A DNA stretch of 64,000 bases from the human T2T-CHM13v2.0 reference genome, Homo sapiens, in assembly GCF_009914755.1 (NCBI RefSeq), contig NC_060933.1; one strand, given 5' to 3'. Each line of letters starts with the position of its first letter. The first letter of the stretch is position 1. Below are positions 55,701-64,000 of the stretch, piece after piece. Both the position numbers and the translations under genes were made by a program. Under the pieces are notes generated by a model, which saw nothing but the letters and a program-made list of their open reading frames with translations, was not told the DNA's origin and did not search any database.

Positions 55701-57779
55701 TTCCATTCCATTCCATTCCATTCCATTCCATTCCTTTCCATTCCATTACGGATGATTCCATTCCATTGCATTCCATTCCATTCCATTCCCCTGTACTCGG
55801 GTTGATTCCATTCCATTCCATTCCAATCCATGCCATTCCACTCGTGTTGATTCCATGCTTTCCATTCCATTCAAGTTGAATCCATTCCATTGCATTGCAT
55901 TCCATTTGATTCCATTCGATTGCACTCGGGTTGATTCCATTCCATTCCATTCCATTCCATTCCATCCTATTCCATTCCGTTCCGTTCCGTTCCATTCCAT
56001 TCCATTCCATTCCATTCCATTCCGTTCCGTTCCGTTCCATTCCATTCCATTCCATTCTATTCGGGTTAATTCCATTCCATTCCATTCGATTGCAATCGTG
56101 TTGATTCCATTCCATTCCATTCCATTCCATTCCATTCCATTCCTTTCCATTCCATTACGGATGATTCCATTCCATTGCATTCCATTCCATTCCATTCCCC
56201 TGTACTCGGGTTGATTCTATTCCATTGCATTCCAATCCATGCCCTTCCACTCGTGTTGATTCCATTCTTTCCATTCCATTCAAGTTGAATCCATTCCATT
56301 GCATTCCATTCCATTCGATTCCATTCGATTGCACTCGGGTTGATTCCATTCCATTGCATTCCAGTCCATTCCATTCCATTCCGTTCCATTCCATTCCATT
56401 ACATTCGGATTGATTCTATTCAATTCCCTTACTCTCCATTACATTCCATTCCATTCGGGTAGTTTCCATTCCATTCCATTCCATTCCTCTCCATTCCATT
56501 GCACTCGGGTTGATTCCATTCCATTGCATTCCATTCCATTCCATTCAATTCCATTCCGTTCCATTCCATTCCATTACATTCGGATTGATTCTATTCAACT
56601 CCCTTACTCTCTATTACATTCCATTCCATTCGGGCTGTTCCATTCCATTCCATTCCATTCCACTCCATTCCATTGCATTCGGGTTTATTCCATTCCATTC
56701 CATTCCATTCGATTCCATTCCATTCCATTCCGGAAGATTCCATTCCATTGCATTCCATTCCATTCCATTCCCCTGCACTCCCGTTGATTCCATTCCATTC
56801 CATTCCATTCCATTCCATTCCATTCCATTCCATTCCATTCCTTTCCGTTCCATTCCATTCCATTCCATTCCATTCCGTTCCGTTCCGTTCCATTCCATTC
56901 CATTCCTTTCTATTCGGGTTAATTCCATTCCATTTCATTCGATTGCAATCGAGTTGATTCCATTCCATTCCATTCCATTCCATTCCATTCCATTCCATTC
57001 CTTTCCATTCCATTACGGATGATTCCATTCCATTGCATTCCATTCCATTCCATTCCCCTGTACTCGGGTTGTTTCCATTCCATTGCATTCCAATCCATGC
57101 CCTTCCACTCGTGTTGATTCCATTCTTTCCATTCCATTCAAGTTGAATCCATTCCATTGCATTCCATTCACTTCGATTCCATTCGATTGCACTCGGGTTG
57201 ATTCCATTCCATTGCATTCCATTCCATTCCATTCCATTCCATTCCATTCCATTCCGTTCCATTCCATTCCATTACATTCGGATTGATTCTATTCAATTCC
57301 CTTGCACTCCATTACATTCCTTTCCATTCGGGCAGTTTCCATTCCATTCCATTCCATTCCTCTCCATTCCATTGCACTCGGGTTGATTCCATTCCATTGC
57401 ATTCCATTCCATTCCATTCAATCCCATTCCGTTCCATACCATTCCATTCCATTCGGATTGATTCTATTCAACTCCCTTACTCTCCATTACATTCCATTCC
57501 ATTCGGGTTGTTCCATACCATTCCATTCCATTCCACTCCATTCCATTGCACTCGGATTTATTCCATTCCATTCCATTCCATTCCATTCCATTCCATTCCG
57601 GAAGATTCCATTCCATTGCATTCCATTCCATTCCATTCCATTCCAATCGAGTTGATTCCATTCCATTGCATTCCATTCCATTCCACTCCATTCCAGTCCT
57701 TTCCATTCCATTACACTCGAGTTGATTCCATTCCATTCCACTCCATTCCGTTCCATTCCATTCCATTCCATTGTATTCG

Positions 57780-59620
57780 GGTTAATTCCATTCCATTCCA
57801 TTCCATTCCATTCCATTCCATTCCATTACAATCGAGTTGATTCCATTCCATTCCATTCCATTCCATTCCAGTCCTTTCCATTCCATTCCACTCGGGTTGA
57901 TTCCATTCTATTAGTTTCCATTCCATTCCATTCCCTTCCATTCCACTCTGGTTGATTCCATTCCTTTCCATTCCACTCGAATACATTCCCTCATATTCCA
58001 CTCGGAACGATTCCATTCCATTCCATTCCATTCCATTCCATTCCATTCCATTCCAGTTCGTTCCATTCCGTTCTATTCCGTACCATTCCATTCCATTCCA
58101 TTCCTTTCCATTCCATTCCTTTCCACTCGTGTTGATTCCATTGCTTTCCATTCCATTCGGTTTGAAGGCATTCCATTCCATTCAATTCCATTCCATTCCA
58201 TTCCATTCCCTTCCATTCTATTCCATTGCATTGCAATCGAGTTGAATCCATTGCCTTTCATTCCATTCCATTCCATTCCATTCCATTCCGGAAGATTCCA
58301 TTCCATTGCATTTCATTCCATTCCATTCCCCTGCACTCGCGTTGATTCCATTCCATTCCATTCCATTCCATTCCATTCCGTTCCATTCCTTTCCATTCCA
58401 TTCTATTCGGGTTAATTCCGTTCCATTCCATTCGATTGCCATCGAGTTGATTCCATTCCATTCCATTCCATTCCATTCCATTCCATTCCTTTCCGTTCCA
58501 TTACGGATGACTCCATTCCATTGCATTCCATTCCATTCCATTCCCCTGTACTCGGGTAGATTCCATTCCATTCCATTCCACTCCATTCGGTTCCGCTGCA
58601 TTCTATTCTATTGCATTCCATTCTATTCGGGTTAATTCCATTCCGTTCTATTCCATTCCATTCCATTCCATTCCATTGCAATGGAGTTGATTCCATTCCA
58701 TTCCATTCCATTCCAGATGATTCCATTCCATTGCATTCCATTCCATTCCATTCCCCTGCACTCGTGTTGATTCCATTCCCTTCCATTCCATTCCATTCCG
58801 TTCCATTCCATTCCATTCCATTCTATTCCGGTTAATTCCATTCCATTCCATTCCATTCCATTCCATTGCAATCGAGTTGATTCCATTCCATTCCTTTCAT
58901 TCCATTCCATTGCCTTGCATTCCACTCGGGTTGATTCCATTCCCTTCTTTCCACTCCATTACATTCCCTTCCATGATTGATTCCATTCCATTCCATTCCA
59001 TTTCATTCCATTGCAATCCATTCCAATCCATTCCATTCCATTCCATTCCACTCGAGGTGACTTCATTCCATTGCTTTCCATTCCATTCCATTCCTTTCCA
59101 CTCGAGTTGATTCCATTCCATTCCAATCCATTGCTTTCCATTCCATGCCATTCCACTCGGGTTGATTCCATTCCTTTGCATTCCATTCCATTCCATTCCA
59201 TTCCATTCCATTCCATTCCATTCCATTCCATTCCGTTGCATTCCATTCCATTACATTCGAATTGATTCTATTCAACTCCCTTACTCTCCATTACATTCCA
59301 TTCCATTCGGGTTGTTCCATTCCATTCCATTCCATTCCACTCCATTCCATTGCACTCGGGTTGATTCCATTCCATTCCATTCCATTCCATTCCATTCCAT
59401 TCCATTCCATTCCGGATGATTCCATTCCATTGCATTCCGTTCCATTACATTCCCCTGCACTCGCGTTGATTCCATTCCATTCCATTCCATTCCATTCAAT
59501 TCCATTCCATTACAATTCGTTCCATTCCATTCTATTCCATATCATTCCATTTCATTCCATTCCATTCCATTCCATTCCATTCCATTCCATTCCATTCCGT
59601 TCCGTTCCATTCCATTCCAT
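57780..59620 (-). repeat. Paralog of about 47800-49560 (offset about 9.96 kb)
   Basis: Private variants TCCAGTTCGT (48091/58052), GCCTTTCAT (48292/58253) and GATTGCCATCGAG (about 48503/58434). Confidence 0.8.
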
Positions 59621-62600
59621 TCCATTCTATTCGTGTTAATCCCATTCCATTCCATTCCTTTCCATTCTATTCCATTCCATTGCAATCGAGTGGAATCCAT
59701 TGCATTTCATTCCATTCCATTCCATTCCATTCCGGAAGATTCCATTCCATTGCATTCCAATCCATGCCATTCCCCTGCACTCGCGTTGATTCCATTCCAT
59801 TCCATTCCATTCCATTCCATTCCATTCCATTCCATTCCTTTCTGTTCCGTTCCATTCCATTCCATTCCATTCCATTCCATTCCATTCCATTCCATTCCAT
59901 TCCTTTTCATTCCATTCCATTCCATTCTATTCGGGTTAATTCCATTCCATTCCATTCGATTGCAATCGTGTTGATTCCATTCCATTCCATTCAATTCCAT
60001 TCCATTCCTTTCCATTCCATTACGGATGATTCCATTCCATTGCATTCCATTCCATTCCATTCCCCTGTACTCGGGTTGATTCCATTCCATTGCATTCCAA
60101 ACCATGCCCTTCCACTCGTGTTGATTCCATTCTTTCCATTCCATTCAAGTTGAATCCATTCCATTGTATTCCATTCCATTCGATTCCATGCGATTGCACT
60201 CGGGTTGATTCCATTCCATTGCATTCCATTCCATTCCATTCCATTACATTCCATTCCATTCCGTTCCATTCCATTCCATTACATTCGGATTCATTCTATT
60301 CAATTCCCTTACACTCCATTATATTCCATTCCATTCGGGTAGTTTCCATTCCATTCCATTCCATTCCATTCCTCTCCATTCCATTGCACTCGGGTTGATT
60401 CCATTCCATTGCATTCCATTCCATTCCATTCAATTCCATTCCGTTCCATTCCATTCCATTACATTCGGATTAACTCTATTCAACTCCCTTACTCTCCATT
60501 ACATTCCATTCCATTCGGGTTGTTCCATTCCATTCCATTCCATTCCACTCCATTCCATTGCACTCGGATTTATTCCATTCCATTCCATTCCATTCCATTC
60601 CATTCCATTCCGGAAGATTCCATTCCATTGCATTCCATTCCATTCCATTCCCCTGCACTCGCGTTGATTCCATTCCATTCCATTCCATTCCATTCCATTC
60701 CATTCCATTCCTTTCCGTTCCATTCCATTCGATTCCATTCCATTCCATTCCATTCCGTTCCGTTCCGTTCCGTTCCATTCCATTCCATTCCATTCTATTC
60801 GGGTTAATTCGATTCCATTCCATTCGATTGCAATCGAGTTGATTCCATTCCATTCCATTCCATTGCATTCCATTCCATTCCATTCCATTCCTTTCCATTC
60901 CATTACGGATGATTCCATTCCATTGCATTCCATTCCATTCCATTCCCCTGTACTCGGTTGATTCCATTCCATTCCATTCCAATCCATGCCATTCCACTCT
61001 TGTTGATTCCATTCTTTCCATTCCATTCAAGTTGAATCCATTCCATTGCATTCCATTCCATTCCATTCCCCTGCAGTCGGGTTGATTCCATTCCATTCCA
61101 TTCCATTCCATTCCATTCCATTCCGTTCCGTTCCGTTCCGTTCCGTTCCATTCCATTCCATTCTATTCGGGTTAATTCCATTCCATTCCATTCCATTCCA
61201 TTCCATTCCATTCCATTCCATTCCAATCGAGTTGATTCCATTCCATTCCATTCCATTCCATTCCACTCCATTCCAGTCCTTTCCATTCCATTCCACTCGG
61301 GTTGATTCCAATGTATTCCTTTCCATTCCATTCCATTCCATTGCAATCGAGTTGATTCCATTGCTTTGTATTCCATTCCATTCCATTCCATTCCGGATGA
61401 TTCTATTCCATTGCATTCCATTCCATTCCATTCCCCTGCACTCGGGTTGATTCCATTCCATTCCACTCCATTCCGTTCCATTCCATTCCATTCCATTGTA
61501 TTCGGGTTAATTCCATTCCATTCCATTCCATTCCTTTCCAGTCCTTTCCATTCCATTCCACTCGGGTTGATTCCATTCTATTAGTTTCCATTCCATTCCA
61601 TTCCCTTCCATTCCACTCTGGTTGATTAAATTCCTTTCCATTCCACTCGAATACATTCCCTCCTATTCCACTCGGAACGATTCCATTCCATTCCATTCCA
61701 TTCCATTCCATTCCATTCCATTCCATTCCGTTCCATTTCGTTCCATTCCATTCTATTCCGTATCATTCCATTCCATTCCATTCCATTCCATTCCATTCCA
61801 TTCCATTCCATTCCATTCCACTCGTGTTGATTCCATTCCTTTCCATTCCATTCCGTTTGAAGGCATTCCATTCCATTCCATTACATTCCATTGCATTCCA
61901 TTCCATTCCATTCCATTGTACTCGGGCTGATTCCATTCCATTGCATTCCGTTCCATTCCATTCCATTCCATTCCGTTGCATTCCATTCCATTACATTCGG
62001 ATTGATTCTATTCAACTCCCTTACTCTCCATTACATTCCATTCCATTCGGGTTGTTCCATTCCATTCCATTCCATTCCACTCTATTCCATTGCACTCGGG
62101 TTGATTCCATTCCATTCCATTCCATTCCATTCCGGATGATTCCATTCCATTGCATTCCGTTCCATTACATTCCCCTGCACTCGCGTTGATTCCATTCCAT
62201 TCCATTCAATTCCATTCCATTACAATTCGTTCCATTCCATTCTATTCCGTACCATTCCATTCCATTCCATACCATTCCTTTCCATTCCATTCCATTCCAT
62301 TCCGTTCCATTCCGTTCCATTGCATTCCATTCCATTCTATTCGGGTTAATTCCATTCCATTCAATTCCATTCCATTCTATTCCATTCCATTGCAATCGAG
62401 TTGAAACCATTGCATTTCATTCCATTCCATTCCATTCCATTCCATTCCGGAAGATTCCATTACATTGCATTCCATTCCATTCCATTCCCCTGCACTCGCA
62501 TTGATTCCATTCCATTCCATTCCATTCCATTCCATTCCGTTCCGTTCCATTCCATTCCATTCCATTCCATTCCATTCCTTTCCGTTCCATTCCATTCCAT

Positions 62601-64000
62601 TCCATTCTATTCGGGTTAATTCCATTCCATTCCATTCGATTGCAATCGAGTTGATTCCATTCCATTCCATTCCATTCCATTCCATTCCATTCCATTCCTT
62701 TCCATTCCATTACGGATGATTCCATTCCATTGCATTCCATTCCATTCCATTCCCCTGTACTCGGGTTGATTCCATTCCATTCCATTCCAATCCATGCCAT
62801 TCCACTCGTGTTGATTCCCTTCTTTCCATTCCATTCAAGTTGAATCCATTACATTGCATTCCATTCCATTCCATTCCATTCCATTCCGGATGTTTCCATT
62901 CCATTGCATTCCATTCCATTCCATTCCATTCCGTTCCATTCCATTCCATTACATTCGGATTGATTCTATTCAACTCCCTTAGTCTCCACTACATTCCATT
63001 CCATTCGGGTTGTTCCATTCCATTCCATTCCATTCCACCCCATTGCATTGCCCTCGGGTTTATTCCATACCATTCCATTCCATTCCATTCAATTCCATTC
63101 CATTCCGGAAGATTCCATTCCATTGCATTCCATTCCATTCCATTCCCCTGCACTCGCGTTGATTCCATTCCATTCCATTCCATTCCATTCCATTGCGTTC
63201 CGTTCCATTCCATTCCAATCCATTCCATTCCATTCCATTCCATTCCGATCCGTTCCATTCCATTCCATTCCATTCTATTCGGGTTAATTCCATTCCATTC
63301 CATTCGATTGCAATCGAGTTGATTCCATTCCATTCCATTCCATTCCATTCCATTCCGTTCCATTCCTTTCCATTCCATTACGGATGATTCCAATCCATTG
63401 CATTCCATTCCATTCCATTCCATTCCATTCCGTTCCATTCCTTTCCATTCCATTACGGATGATTCCATTCCATTGCATTCCATTCCATTCCATTCCCCTG
63501 TACTCGGGTTGATTCCATTCCATTCCATTCCAATCCATGCCATTCCACTCGTGTTGATTCCATTCTTTCCATTCCATTCAAGTTGAATCCATTCCATTGC
63601 ATTGCATTCCATTCCATTCCCCTGCAGTCGGGTTGATTCCATTCCATTCCATTCCATTCCATTCCATTCCATTCCAATCAAGTTGATTCCATTCCATTCC
63701 ATTCCATTGCATTCCATTCCATTCCACTCCATTCCAGTCCTTTCCATTCCATTCCACTCGGGTTGATTCCAATGTATTCCTTTCCATTCCATTCCATTCC
63801 ATTGCAATCGAGTTGATTCCATTGCTTTGCATTCCATTCCATTCGATTCCATTCCGGATGATTCCATTCCATTGCATTCCATTCCATTCCATTCCCCTGC
63901 ACTCGGGTTGATTCCATTCCATTCCACTCCATTCCATTCCATTCCATTCCATTCCATTGTATTCGGGTTAATTCCATTCCATTCCATTCCATTCCATTCC

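Larger units (their letters stand above)
42216..64000 (-). repeat. HSat3 array in inverted orientation ((CATTC)n on +)
   Basis: Continuous (CATTC)n with the same modules reverse-complemented (ACTCGGGTTG, AATCGAGTTG, CTATTCGGGTTAA). Confidence 0.97.

Noticed and set aside
10-63992. Hundreds of ORFs encoding MEWNG or IPFHS repeats, up to 484 aa (53388..54842)
   Set aside because: (GGAAT)3 translates to MEWNG in all three frames with ATG every 5 nt and no stop. The ORFs overlap in all frames and have no domain, so they are an artefact of the repeat.
1-64000. CRISPR-like repeat/spacer appearance
   Set aside because: The interrupting modules are a small reused set, not unique spacers. There is no constant repeat length and no cas genes.
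20400-64000. Giant perfect palindrome or fold-back read artefact centred on 42216
   Set aside because: Mirror symmetry stops after 12 bp, and module order and private variants differ on the two sides.
1-64000. HSat2, DYZ1 (Yq), alpha satellite, telomeric repeat or insect (GGAAT) satellite
   Set aside because: There is no CATTCGATTC/ATGATG-dominated HSat2 pattern, no regular 3.5-kb DYZ1 period, no 171-bp monomer and no TTAGGG. The CAACCCGAGT modules indicate HSat3.
1-64000. Transposon, tRNA or rRNA insertion
   Set aside because: No non-satellite stretch longer than about 40 bp, no poly(A) tail and no target-site duplication were seen.

Overview
The whole 64 kb window is classical human-type Satellite 3 (HSat3, (GGAAT/CATTC)n). 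The pentamer runs are punctuated by a small set of CpG-bearing modules (CAACCCGAGT, CAACTCGATT, TTAACCCGAATAG and others). The module string AATCAACCCGAGTGCAATCG...CCGAGTACAGG matches, from memory and unverified, the chr9q12 SatIII probe pHuR98, so chr9 HSat3B5 is the likeliest source. There are no genes: every ORF in the track (MEWNG/IPFHS repeats) is a by-product of the stop-free pentamer. The real structure is as follows. (1) There is one strand switch at about 42,216, GGAAT on + to its left and GGAAT on - to its right. It forms a near-perfect 28-bp inverted repeat with 5-bp microhomology and has several nearby template switches. (2) A recurring fixed-spacing cassette carries a perfect three-unit heat-shock element (gGAAtcTTCcgGAAt), about 44 copies by eye, often followed by AATAAA. 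(3) Nested duplications range from 55 bp to offsets over 30 kb, and older CpG-decayed islands are shared by both arms. I found no new protein-coding system; the best leads are the HSE cassette and the convergent, dsRNA-prone inversion. All counts and block edges were read by eye and are approximate.
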